In this document: positions 31,392 through 39,176 of the stretch, piece by piece
How the letters are laid out: each line of letters starts with the position of its first letter
Position numbering within the stretch: the stretch's first letter is position 1
From: Candidatus Adlerbacteria bacterium
GTDB taxonomy: Bacteria > Patescibacteriota > Minisyncoccia > Phycocordibacterales > SBAW01
Assembly: GCA_903840375.1 (NCBI GenBank)
Contig: CAIMFR010000008.1
Coordinates: 1-39,176, forward strand
Direction of reading: 5' to 3'
Length of the DNA: 39,176 nt
Notes under the pieces: model-generated
Told to the model about the DNA's origin: nothing
Databases searched by the model: none
Seen by the model: only the letters and a program-made list of their open reading frames with translations
Position numbers and translations under genes: made by a program

Positions 31392-32153
31392 ATGATACGC
31401 GCACTTTCACGGGCGGGAATCGGGATACTGTTGCTGGTGCCTGCACTTGCGCTCGCATCCAACGACGTAACTCTTGATTCTAATACCGTCATTAATTCAG
31501 GTGGTGTCAATCTCACGGTGAGTGGCGCGAGCCTCGACACTATCGCCGTCGACAGCAGTACATTCACGGTGACGTTGTCCAGCGGTGGAAACATCAATGT
31601 GACATCGGCAGACAAGCGGACGCTCTCGATGTCTACCGATGTTCAGTACATCACATCCAGTTTCGTTTGCGGTCCTTCCAATTCGACACTTGCTATCTCA
31701 TCGTCAAAGGCAACACCGGTTACGGTGACTGTCACCGTTGGCGCAGCCTGTAATAATTCCGGCGGCGGCGGTGGAGGTATCATGAGCGGCGGAAGTGGTG
31801 GTGGCAGTGTGGGAATTGTTGCCACACCGATCACGTTCCCAACTACTACGACCATGCCGGCAATAAACACTCCTAATGTGCCCGTATATACACCACCGGA
31901 GGTGGTGATGACATTCAAGAAAAACTTGACCGCCGGCTCGGTCAGTGCAGACGTGAAGAATCTCCAGGTGTACCTCAACACACGCGGATTCACGGTAGCG
32001 AAGATGGGTGCAGGCTCGCCCGGTAAGGAAACAAAGACATTCGGTCCGGCAACCAGAGTCGCGCTTATAAAATTCCAAAAGAGTGTAGGTATAATTCCTG
32101 CATCAGGCTACTTCGGTCCGGTAACAAGAGCGTACGTCACAGCTCATCAGTAA
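31392..32153 (+). CDS. secreted protein with a C-terminal peptidoglycan-binding domain
   Basis: Signal peptide (GIGILLLVPALALASN), a Gly-rich linker, and a C-terminal module ADVKNLQVYLNTRGF...GAGSPGKETKTFGPATRVALIKFQKSVGI resembling PG_binding_1. Confidence 0.8.
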   Translation: MIRALSRAGIGILLLVPALALASNDVTLDSNTVINSGGVNLTVSGASLDTIAVDSSTFTVTLSSGGNINVTSADKRTLSMSTDVQYITSSFVCGPSNSTLAISSSKATPVTVTVTVGAACNNSGGGGGGIMSGGSGGGSVGIVATPITFPTTTTMPAINTPNVPVYTPPEVVMTFKKNLTAGSVSADVKNLQVYLNTRGFTVAKMGAGSPGKETKTFGPATRVALIKFQKSVGIIPASGYFGPVTRAYVTAHQ

Positions 32154-32200
32154 GTAAAAAGTCCAAAGTTAGAGCTAAAGTTTTTGAGTTCGATTTTTTA

Positions 32201-32236
32201 GAACAACCCCCTCCTTTTTATAGGATGGGGTTGTTC
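32201..32236. terminator. hairpin between convergent genes (no clear U-tract)
   Basis: GAACAACCCC (32201-32210) pairs with GGGGTTGTTC (32227-32236). No T-run follows on either strand, so terminator function is uncertain. Confidence 0.4.
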
Positions 32237-32263
32237 ATACGTTAACGCGAAAGAACGGCCGAA

Positions 32264-32815
32264 CTATTTTTTCGTTCCGAGTTCGGTCTTGAGATAGGCA
32301 AGCATCGTATCCGCATCGGATACTTGGAACGGGTCATCGGTGCAATTGTCGGAGAGCCCCGGTTCGACGAACATTTTTTGTATAGAGCCGTCCTTTACAT
32401 GCATGCTGTATCGCCACGAACGATAGCCGAAGCCGAGATTTTCTTTTTTCACCAGCATTCCCATCATGCGAGTAAAGTCCGCATTGCCGTCCGGCAGCAT
32501 GAAAATATTTTTCACATCGAGATTTTTCGCCCACTGGAACATGGTGAAGGCGTCATTCACCGACAGACAAATGACCGTATCGATACCGAGCTTGATGAAC
32601 TCATCGTACTTCGCTTCATATCCCGGTAAGTGTGTCGATGAGCATGTTGGCGTAAAAGCGCCGGGCAAGCCGAAGAGAATCACCTCCTTGCCCTTGAAAA
32701 TGTCGTCGCTCGACAAGTTATGCCAGCGGAAAGGGTTCGCCCCACCAACTGCTTCATCCCGCACCCGCGTCTTGAAAATAATAGAAGGAACTTTTTGTGT
32801 GTGTTGTGTAGTCAT
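32264..32815 (-). CDS. peroxiredoxin, Prx5-like subfamily
   Basis: LFGLPGAFTPTCSSTHLPGY (peroxidatic Cys motif PGAFTPTCS), followed by ICLSVNDAFTMFQWAKN. Confidence 0.9.
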   Translation of the reverse strand: MTTQHTQKVPSIIFKTRVRDEAVGGANPFRWHNLSSDDIFKGKEVILFGLPGAFTPTCSSTHLPGYEAKYDEFIKLGIDTVICLSVNDAFTMFQWAKNLDVKNIFMLPDGNADFTRMMGMLVKKENLGFGYRSWRYSMHVKDGSIQKMFVEPGLSDNCTDDPFQVSDADTMLAYLKTELGTKK

Positions 32816-32953
32816 AGAAATTTAGTATACACGAAGCCCACTTCTTTTATGTATTCCTACCGGGTAAGGATTGTTTGTTTTCTGGACACCTTGCGCTGCT
32901 TGTTATATGCTCGCGATATTAGTAGGGGAGTAACAAGTCTATTTATTTTTTAT

Positions 32954-33556
32954 ATGGAGAAAGTGAAACATTTTTTGCACACCTTTTGGCATATCGTTCG
33001 CTGGCCTTTTTATGTTTTGCTTGCTCTATATATCGGGCTTGTTGTTTATCGCATACCGGCGGCGATGGATAGAAATAAGACACAGCAGGCGATCGACTTC
33101 ATTCACTCGCAGAAGATAACTCTCGCCGATGTGATGGGTACAAACCTTCCGCCTCCGCCTGACGTGGCGAAGAATAATGCGACAGTCGAGGGTATAGATG
33201 TCAACAACAACGGCATCCGCGACGATGTCGAACTCGCCATCTTCAAACTCCACCCGAACGAAGCGAAAGTAAGAGCAGCAGAGTTGCAGTATGCACTCGG
33301 CATACAAATAATGATGACGAAAGTTAATAATTCGGATACGTGGAAGGTGGCTGCGGATAAAAAAGCTTTCGGACATTTTTGTATTGCGCAAATAACACCT
33401 AAGGCTGTTGATAGGTTGGCGAAAGAAGTAGAAGATCTTGTGTTGAATCTGGATGACCGAAAGCAGGCTTATGGATATGCATTTAATTTCATCTCTAGTT
33501 ATGGTTCATACAAGCAAAACCCTTGCGATGTCGATTTAGCATCATTGCCGAATTAA
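32954..33556 (+). CDS. membrane-anchored hypothetical protein (200 aa)
   Basis: ATG 32954 (MEKVKHF...) followed by a TM helix (WPFYVLLALYIGLVVY). It contains a DVNNNGIRDDVE loop resembling an EF-hand/dockerin-type Ca-binding loop. The longer track ORF from 32720 overlaps the prx gene on the opposite strand. Confidence 0.65.
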   Translation: MEKVKHFLHTFWHIVRWPFYVLLALYIGLVVYRIPAAMDRNKTQQAIDFIHSQKITLADVMGTNLPPPPDVAKNNATVEGIDVNNNGIRDDVELAIFKLHPNEAKVRAAELQYALGIQIMMTKVNNSDTWKVAADKKAFGHFCIAQITPKAVDRLAKEVEDLVLNLDDRKQAYGYAFNFISSYGSYKQNPCDVDLASLPN

Positions 33557-33579
33557 CAAGATTGTGTGGTGTAAGCAAT

Positions 33580-35778
33580 ATGGATATGAAAAAAATATAC
33601 GGAATGTATCGGATGATTGGAATGGTTGTGGTGACTGTGTGGTTGTTGTCTGTTCCTGTTTCTGTGCATGCAGCTTCGTGTTCTGCGAATGGATACACTG
33701 TTGTGTTTGTTAACGGGGTTTCAACTACTAAGTCGGAGGCAGATGCCGCCAGAATTTCCCTTCAGGAAAAACTGAAGTTTGCATACAAAGGTCAGCCTCT
33801 AACAGTAACCCTTGCCTACAACGCTCAACACCTCGCCGGCGCTGCTGATATTGTTGAGGCTGTTTCTCAAATGATGTCTGCCCCTTTGTCCGACTACGAT
33901 CTGCATGCGGCTTTGCGTCAGATGTCCGGTGATGTGACCACTCGCAAACTTATTGTGCTCGGCTATTCGCAGGGCGCTCTGTATGCCAACTCGATGTACG
34001 ACTATCTCACCGCAAATGGTGAGCCGAAAAGTTCGCTTAGCATTTACGCTGTTGCAACACCTGCCTCATACGTCGCTGGTGGTGGAACATACACTACGTC
34101 AAACCTCGATGCGGTCATCCTGGGTGTCACTGCCGCCGCTAAAAAAGTTGGCATCCCTGCGCCGCTTCCCGCCGATGCAGCCCTTTCGGTGTACACCTCC
34201 GACCCGCTTGTGTCGCACCAATTTGATACTTATATAAATGGAGCGTCAGACAAAATTGTTTCAGATATTGATGCCGAGCTTGATCAATTGAAACCCGATT
34301 GGCCGTCCGACACCGAGCCGTGTTTCTTCCCGCCGGATATGTCGGCGAGCGACAATGCGCAGCAGACATTTTTCACTGTTGCCGACCCTATTGCTAGTGT
34401 GATGACCATCAGTGTTGTTGCTACTGCACAGACGACCGTCTCCGTGGTGAAGACAGCCTATGCCGCTGTTTCCAACGCACTCGCCGCCGTCGCGAATGTG
34501 CTGAAGCAGACCGTTTCAAATCCCGCCTCGCCTGCGAACACGGCAAAAAATTTCAATGTAGTGAACAAGCTGTATGGTTCGAGTGTGGACAGTTCGGAAG
34601 GTCGGGAACTTATGGGAAATAATCAAGGCGCGGCAGTCGCTTTGGCACTAAATGATCAGGCGCCGGCATTGGATGATAAACAGCAGAATGTTATTTCCAC
34701 GGCCCCGGCGGTAGTCGCAAGTACGACTATTATTTTAGATGCAACCTCGGCTACTTCTACTTCGACAAGTGTTCTGCATGCAACAACTACGTTGCCGGTC
34801 GCTGCATATTCAGGTGGAGGTGGTGGGGCGAACCGCAGCAGTCCACCGCCTGAACAAGGAACGGATTCGGATTCTTCGCAGGACACAACGGCAACCGAAA
34901 CTCCGTATGTTCCGCCGATTCTTTTTGATGCATCTACTGCACCGCCGGTTCTTTCGGTAGACGGTTGCGCTGCGAATCCGTGTACAGTTTCAATCACCGC
35001 AATAACGCTTCATTGGACGACTCCGACCGGTACGGTGGCTTCTGTTCCGTCGATCAATTCAATACCGCAGGCGACCACTACTGCGTCATCTACAACCTTG
35101 ACGCTCGCTGACATGGCAACATCTACCGTCACTATCACGGTTTATGACGCATCGTCCACACCTCTCACATCTGCGACCACGACGATATATGTCCTCACTC
35201 CGCCGCCGCCTTTTACTCCGCACGGATTCTTTTCCGACACCCTTGATAATTTTGACACGTCGACATGGTTCACGTTCGGCGGGTCGGCTGTTAATTTCAT
35301 CCAAGCCACAGACACCGACAATGGTCCGTGCGTCAGCGGCAACTGCATCCTCGGGTATGCAGACAGCTCCGACATTCCGCGCACCTATCATGAGAACGCT
35401 GCCAACCCACTGACCGAAGGTTCTTTCACAGTCTACGCCAAGGCACAGAACGGAGCTTTTCACTCGCTGTTTCCGGTATTCTCTATATGCTCTGCAAATT
35501 CAGCTTGTGTTGATGGCACCGGTCGCCTCGACATCGTTGATGCTATCCAGTATCCGTTTGATGATGTATGGCACAAATATGCGATCTTCTGGAGACAGGG
35601 AACTTCTCATGTCGAGACGTGTGTCTTGACCGATAGCACCGATGTGCGCTTCTGTATATGGAAAGATTCCGGCGCGGCGCTCGGCATTACCTATGACGCC
35701 CTGGCACTCTGGTCGACGAATGGCTACCGCTCCGACCTCGGAGAAAAAATTTGGTTTGACGAGGTGTCTGGAAATTAA
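33580..35778 (+). CDS. secreted protein: cutinase/lipase-like alpha/beta-hydrolase, S/T/A/P-rich linker, C-terminal ConA/LamG-like domain
   Basis: Signal peptide (MVVVTVWLLSVPVSVHAAS), then VVFVNG...LIVLGYSQGALYA (a GYSQG nucleophile elbow, as in cutinases). The C-terminal domain of about 190 aa is beta-rich (FSDTLDNFDTSTWFTFGG...WHKYAIFWRQG). I prefer ATG 33580. Confidence 0.75.
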   Translation: MDMKKIYGMYRMIGMVVVTVWLLSVPVSVHAASCSANGYTVVFVNGVSTTKSEADAARISLQEKLKFAYKGQPLTVTLAYNAQHLAGAADIVEAVSQMMSAPLSDYDLHAALRQMSGDVTTRKLIVLGYSQGALYANSMYDYLTANGEPKSSLSIYAVATPASYVAGGGTYTTSNLDAVILGVTAAAKKVGIPAPLPADAALSVYTSDPLVSHQFDTYINGASDKIVSDIDAELDQLKPDWPSDTEPCFFPPDMSASDNAQQTFFTVADPIASVMTISVVATAQTTVSVVKTAYAAVSNALAAVANVLKQTVSNPASPANTAKNFNVVNKLYGSSVDSSEGRELMGNNQGAAVALALNDQAPALDDKQQNVISTAPAVVASTTIILDATSATSTSTSVLHATTTLPVAAYSGGGGGANRSSPPPEQGTDSDSSQDTTATETPYVPPILFDASTAPPVLSVDGCAANPCTVSITAITLHWTTPTGTVASVPSINSIPQATTTASSTTLTLADMATSTVTITVYDASSTPLTSATTTIYVLTPPPPFTPHGFFSDTLDNFDTSTWFTFGGSAVNFIQATDTDNGPCVSGNCILGYADSSDIPRTYHENAANPLTEGSFTVYAKAQNGAFHSLFPVFSICSANSACVDGTGRLDIVDAIQYPFDDVWHKYAIFWRQGTSHVETCVLTDSTDVRFCIWKDSGAALGITYDALALWSTNGYRSDLGEKIWFDEVSGN

Positions 35779-35804
35779 GACAGTATGATAGAATTGAAAC
35801 CAAG

Positions 35805-35951
35805 ATGAAGCGATACTTCACCAAAACATTTTTTCACTATTTCTTCGGGTTTGTCGGGATCATAGTCTTGGCTTTTGTGGCATTAGGGTTTGTTTCCGAG
35901 AAGAATAACATTCAGCCGCAGGCGATTGACAATGTCGCCCAGCCGAGATAA
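35805..35951 (+). CDS. small membrane protein (48 aa, hypothetical)
   Basis: MKRYFTKTFFHYFFGFVGIIVLAFVALGFVSEKNNIQPQAIDNVAQPR contains one clear TM helix. It is below the track cutoff, and I saw no strong SD. Confidence 0.4.
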   Translation: MKRYFTKTFFHYFFGFVGIIVLAFVALGFVSEKNNIQPQAIDNVAQPR

Positions 35952-35989
35952 TCTCACATCATAGGCCAAAGACAGTCGGTCCTGCATAT

Positions 35990-36127
35990 GCGGGGTAATG
36001 TCGAAGACACAATATCTTAGACGCCGGCCAAGGTCGAAACTCTTAATCCTCTCGGAAAATATTCGAGAGAACGGGTGTCGAAGGCCTCTTTACCAGCAGA
36101 GGTTTTTTTGTTTACACGTTTACACAC
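35990..36127 (+). promoter_or_regulatory. structured 5' leader of rplJ (possible L10-leader-type autoregulatory element)
   Basis: Hairpins CTCTCG-GAAAATAT-CGAGAG (about 36049-36068) and CCTCT-TTACCAGC-AGAGG followed by TTTTTTT (about 36085-36109) lie just before the rplJ ATG. I did not verify a match to the known L10 leader model. Confidence 0.35.
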
Positions 36128-36622
36128 ATGGCAATCACCAAACAGAAAAAGGAGGAGATAGTCAGCAAGATGAGCGACATCGTGTCCAATGCAAAGACGC
36201 TTGTTTTCGCGAAGTTCACCGGCCTCACTGTCGCTGAACAGAACGAGATGCGCCGTGCGTTGCGCGCACAGGATGTCGGGTACACGGTCGCGAAGAAGTC
36301 GCTTATGCGTCGCGCATTCGACAAGGCTAATTTTGCCGGTACAGCGCCGACTCTCGTTGGAGAGACAGCGGTCGCTTACGGTGCAGATGAGCTCGCGCCG
36401 GCTCGTGAGTTGGCAGTATTCGTCAAGAAATTCCCGGAGCACCTCGTCTTCGCGGGCGGCGTGTTCGGCGGCTCGTATGTCGATGCGGCGATGATCAAAT
36501 CCATTGCGGCAATACCGGGCATGCAAACACTCCGTGCTCAATTCGTTCACATTATAAACAGCCCGCTTCAGAAGCTTGCGGTCGTTATAGATCAAGTGGC
36601 TTCTAAAAAAGAGCAGGCGTAA
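36128..36622 (+). CDS. rplJ: 50S ribosomal protein L10
   Basis: 164 aa reading [40 protein letters not shown]..., immediately upstream of rplL. Confidence 0.93.
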   Translation: MAITKQKKEEIVSKMSDIVSNAKTLVFAKFTGLTVAEQNEMRRALRAQDVGYTVAKKSLMRRAFDKANFAGTAPTLVGETAVAYGADELAPARELAVFVKKFPEHLVFAGGVFGGSYVDAAMIKSIAAIPGMQTLRAQFVHIINSPLQKLAVVIDQVASKKEQA

Positions 36623-36632
36623 AAAATTATTT

Positions 36633-37037
36633 ATGGCAGAAGAAACAATAACAGCAGAAGCGGCAGTTGAAGTGCCGGCAAAGTTCAAGACTCTCGTTGA
36701 GTCGATAGACAAGCTCACCGTGCTCGAGCTCCACGAACTCGTGAAGGTTCTCGAGGCGAAGTTTGGTGTCTCGGCAGCGGCGGTCGCAGTCGCGGCTCCG
36801 GTAGCAGCAGAGGCAGCGGAGGAAAAGTCTTCCTTCAATGTCCACCTCACCGATGCAGGCTTGCAGAAAGTTCAAGTTATCAAGGCTATAAAAGACGCTC
36901 TCGGTCTCGGCCTCAAGGAAGCGAAGGACCTCGTAGACACGGTTCCGTCAGTCCTCAAGGAAGGAATGAAGAAAGAGGATGCAGCCAAGATCAAAGAGGC
37001 GATAGAAAAAGCCGGCGGTAAAGTCGAGCTCAAATAA
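36633..37037 (+). CDS. rplL: 50S ribosomal protein L7/L12
   Basis: N-terminal dimerisation helix, an Ala-rich hinge ([18 protein letters not shown]) and the C-terminal domain [21 protein letters not shown]...[13 protein letters not shown]. Confidence 0.95.
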   Translation: MAEETITAEAAVEVPAKFKTLVESIDKLTVLELHELVKVLEAKFGVSAAAVAVAAPVAAEAAEEKSSFNVHLTDAGLQKVQVIKAIKDALGLGLKEAKDLVDTVPSVLKEGMKKEDAAKIKEAIEKAGGKVELK

Positions 37038-37120
37038 ATCGCTTGCGATTAATAAAGGCGCGAGATGCCGCAGCATGCGGCGCAGAGTTGAAATAATTTC
37101 AACAAAGCATGCAATAGAAA

Positions 37121-37152
37121 AACCTCCCAAGGGAAACCTCGGGAGGTTTTTT
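37121..37152 (+). terminator. intrinsic terminator after rplL
   Basis: AACCTCCC / GGGAGGTT stem with a 12-nt loop, followed by TTTTG. Confidence 0.75.
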
Positions 37153-37205
37153 GCGTTATGTGCGACTTTTGACTAGAATGGCAGAGCAAGACTGCTAGAC
37201 AGATT

Positions 37206-37793
37206 ATGACTGATGGATTACAGAAACTCTTTGGTTCGACTGCTCGCATAAAACTGCTGCGTCTTTTTTTATTCAACCCGCGACAATCGTTCACGCTTAT
37301 AGATGCCGCACAGCGTGCAAGTGTCACAGACAAAGAGGCGAAGCATGAGCTGGCAATGTTTTTGGATATAGGGCTCATCGTGCGTTCGCGCCGTGCGGCG
37401 AAAGAAGTTCAGTATAATTTGAACGGAAATTTTTCCCACGTCGCGGCACTGCAAGATCTGTTGCTAAATGCGCCGGCGCGCGCGAATGATATTCAGGGCA
37501 GACTGCGCCCTGCAGGTTTGATGAAATTCATCGTGCTTTCCGGCGTCTTTACTGGCGAGTGGAACGGGCGGCTCGACATTCTCATCGTTGGCGACAAGGT
37601 GAAGGCGTCGCTTTTGCGCAAACAGATCCACCAGCTTGAGTCGGAGATAGGCAAGGAGCTTCGTTACGCACTCCTCACAAGCGAAGACTTTCTCTATCGT
37701 GTCAACATGAATGACAAACTCGTGCGCGACGTTCTCGATTATCCGCACAAAGTGGTGCTGAATAAGTTCAACAGCTCTCTCAAGTTTAAATGA
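37206..37793 (+). CDS. putative winged-helix DNA-binding protein (hypothetical)
   Basis: The N-terminus LFGSTARIKLLRLFLFNPRQSFTLIDAAQRASVTDKEAKHELAMFLDIGLI resembles an ArsR-like wHTH. I did not recognise the C-terminal half. A possible promoter is TTGCGT (37151-37156), a 17-nt spacer, then TAGAAT (37174-37179). Confidence 0.7.
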   Translation: MTDGLQKLFGSTARIKLLRLFLFNPRQSFTLIDAAQRASVTDKEAKHELAMFLDIGLIVRSRRAAKEVQYNLNGNFSHVAALQDLLLNAPARANDIQGRLRPAGLMKFIVLSGVFTGEWNGRLDILIVGDKVKASLLRKQIHQLESEIGKELRYALLTSEDFLYRVNMNDKLVRDVLDYPHKVVLNKFNSSLKFK

Positions 37794-37899
37794 CGATGTC
37801 GGTCGGCTGTCCACACTGGATTGGCGCAACAAGCTGATGCTGTAGTACAATTGTTGTGTCGAAAGTACTTCATTATTATTTTATTTAACTTTGTTTATC

Positions 37900-38595
37900 A
37901 TGATAGTCCAGACATGGGTTGATGTGCTCAAGCAGTCGTCCTACAACCTCTTGTGGGGCGTTGTTAATTTTCTTCCAAGTTTCTTGTTCGCAGTGATTAT
38001 TCTTATCATTGGTTGGTTTGTTGGTGTGTTGGTAGGCCGCATCATTACGGAGGCCGTCCGTGCGTTGAAGGTTGACCACGCTCTCAAGGCATCGGGTGTT
38101 GAGGATATGGTGAAACGTGCAGGGTATCGACTCGACTCCGGTATGTTCATCGGAGCCCTGTTCAAATGGTTTATCATCGTCATATTCCTCGTTGCATCGC
38201 TACAGGTGATGGGCTTGGTGCAGGTGACGATGTTCCTTCAGCAAATAGTTATGGGATTCCTCCCGAACGTGATAGTCGCAGTCCTTATCCTCCTTGTGGC
38301 GGCTGTAGTCGCTGAAGTTGCACAGGGTGTCGTGAGCGGCTCGGCTCGTGCAGCAGGCGTTCCTGGTGCAGGTTTCGCCGGCACTGTCGCTCGCTGGTCT
38401 GTATGGCTCTTTGCAGTCATGGCGGCACTCGAGCAGCTTCAGATCGCACAGGGTGTTCTCCAGACACTCTTCACCGGAGTTGTTGTCGCACTTGCACTCG
38501 GTTTCGGACTCTCGTTCGGGCTCGGCGGTCAAGAGGCGGCGGCTCGAGCAATCGAGCGCGTTCGCGATCAGATGAAGAATCATCACAACGGCTAG
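37900..38595 (+). CDS. membrane protein with repeated conserved-TM-helix units (mechanosensitive-channel-associated TM_helix-like)
   Basis: The pattern ...LP..L.A..ILIIGW.V......I (VNFLPSFLFAVIILIIGWFVGVLVGRII; FLPNVIVAVLILLVAAVVAEV) recurs, and the protein has about 5-6 TM helices. I prefer ATG 37900. Confidence 0.75.
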   Translation: MIVQTWVDVLKQSSYNLLWGVVNFLPSFLFAVIILIIGWFVGVLVGRIITEAVRALKVDHALKASGVEDMVKRAGYRLDSGMFIGALFKWFIIVIFLVASLQVMGLVQVTMFLQQIVMGFLPNVIVAVLILLVAAVVAEVAQGVVSGSARAAGVPGAGFAGTVARWSVWLFAVMAALEQLQIAQGVLQTLFTGVVVALALGFGLSFGLGGQEAAARAIERVRDQMKNHHNG

Positions 38596-38622
38596 TTTTA
38601 GCCAACTTGCTAGAAAGTTCAC

Positions 38623-38662
38623 AACCCACCGCGCGGCAAGAGCCGCGCGGTGGGTTCGTTTT
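38623..38662 (+). terminator. strong intrinsic terminator
   Basis: A 15-bp stem AACCCACCGCGCGGC / GCCGCGCGGTGGGTT with loop AAGA, followed by CGTTTT. Confidence 0.85.
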
Positions 38663-38669
38663 AGTCAGC

Positions 38670-38697
38670 TTGACAATTCGAGAGTGTCATGTATACT
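38670..38697 (+). promoter_or_regulatory. near-consensus sigma70-type promoter
   Basis: TTGACA at 38670-38675, then a 16-nt spacer ending in TG, then TATACT at 38692-38697. Confidence 0.6.
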
Positions 38698-38733
38698 TTG
38701 TGTTGGAGCTTAACTTGAACAGAGGAGGTCACA

Positions 38734-39099
38734 ATGACCAAGGTCAACAGTGAAATAAACATGGTCAATGTCGGTGGTATATATTATCCGGAGGACAGTA
38801 TTCTGGCTTTTATTGCCAGCTGCCGGGCCGGAGGAAATACCAACAACCTTCCGGATTACGATGAGATCGGCAGCCTGCGGCTGATGCCGGACGGACGAAG
38901 CGTTAGGAAGCAGCAGCAAGTTTCCCCGGAAGTCGTTGCCGACTATTTGGCAAAGCGCAGGGCTCTCTATGGTGGGAAACGACAGCCAGAACCTCCGCCT
39001 CAACCACAGTTGCAATTGTTGCCATTGCATGAGAATCCCGGAAGAAGGGATGAGACCTCTGACCCCTACGACGTAACGCACTTTAATATAAAGGTCTAA
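38734..39099 (+). CDS. hypothetical protein (121 aa)
   Basis: GAGGAGG at 38722-38728 lies 5 nt before the ATG, and the promoter lies upstream. The C-terminal half is P/Q-rich. I recognised no motif. Confidence 0.6.
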   Translation: MTKVNSEINMVNVGGIYYPEDSILAFIASCRAGGNTNNLPDYDEIGSLRLMPDGRSVRKQQQVSPEVVADYLAKRRALYGGKRQPEPPPQPQLQLLPLHENPGRRDETSDPYDVTHFNIKV

Positions 39100-39176
39100 G
39101 AATGGAGCATCAGAGCACTGTGCATAGGAAATACCCCTCTCGTTTCAATCGTCTTACAAACGAAAAGAACGAGGGG

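Noticed and set aside
36017-36850. A 277-aa minus-strand ORF spanning rplJ-rplL
   Set aside because: It is entirely antisense to two unmistakable ribosomal protein genes. Its sequence is Ala/Ser/Arg-rich low complexity, typical of shadow ORFs opposite GC-biased codons.
38710-39081. A 123-aa minus-strand ORF opposite the 38734 gene
   Set aside because: The plus-strand ORF has a near-consensus promoter and a strong SD at the correct spacing. The minus-strand ORF has neither.
1-39176. CRISPR arrays, tRNA/rRNA genes, transposases or integrases, and an alternative genetic code (UGA recoding)
   Set aside because: I saw no regularly spaced direct repeats. No intergenic stretch shows tRNA or rRNA hallmarks. 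No transposase or integrase motifs were seen among the ORFs. Long housekeeping ORFs are uninterrupted and some end in TGA, which fits the standard bacterial code.

Overview
This window looks like a chromosomal core segment from a small-genome, CPR/Patescibacteria-like bacterium. That placement is inferred from gene content and protein style. The code is standard, with no in-frame UGA problem. Genes present: thyA (partial), glyA, four aminoacyl-tRNA synthetase genes (argS, ileS, glyQS, metG), recO, tatD, rpsF-ssb-rpsR, efp, an ECF-type sigma factor, recA, ftsK and rplJ-rplL. A block at about 26-36 kb encodes secreted or cell-surface proteins. I saw no rRNA, tRNA, CRISPR, transposase or integrase. 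Most notable observations: (1) ileS carries an apparently intact histidine-phosphatase (PGM-like, RHG...H) domain of about 200 aa inserted inside the synthetase catalytic core, and reads HTGS where the class I HIGH signature is expected. (2) argS and ileS contain three in-frame foldback (palindromic) insertions of 90-111 nt. Two of them share identical core blocks (TGGTCTGGC / GCCGACCG / GAGAACCGAGGACCTTT), while their outer arms and inner hairpins differ in sequence but stay complementary. (3) A small ORF plus intrinsic terminator cassette sits immediately upstream of ileS. (4) A HAD-hydrolase gene is frameshifted. (5) A perfect 34-nt palindrome lies upstream of glyQS. All product calls come from motif recognition by eye, and no database search was possible.
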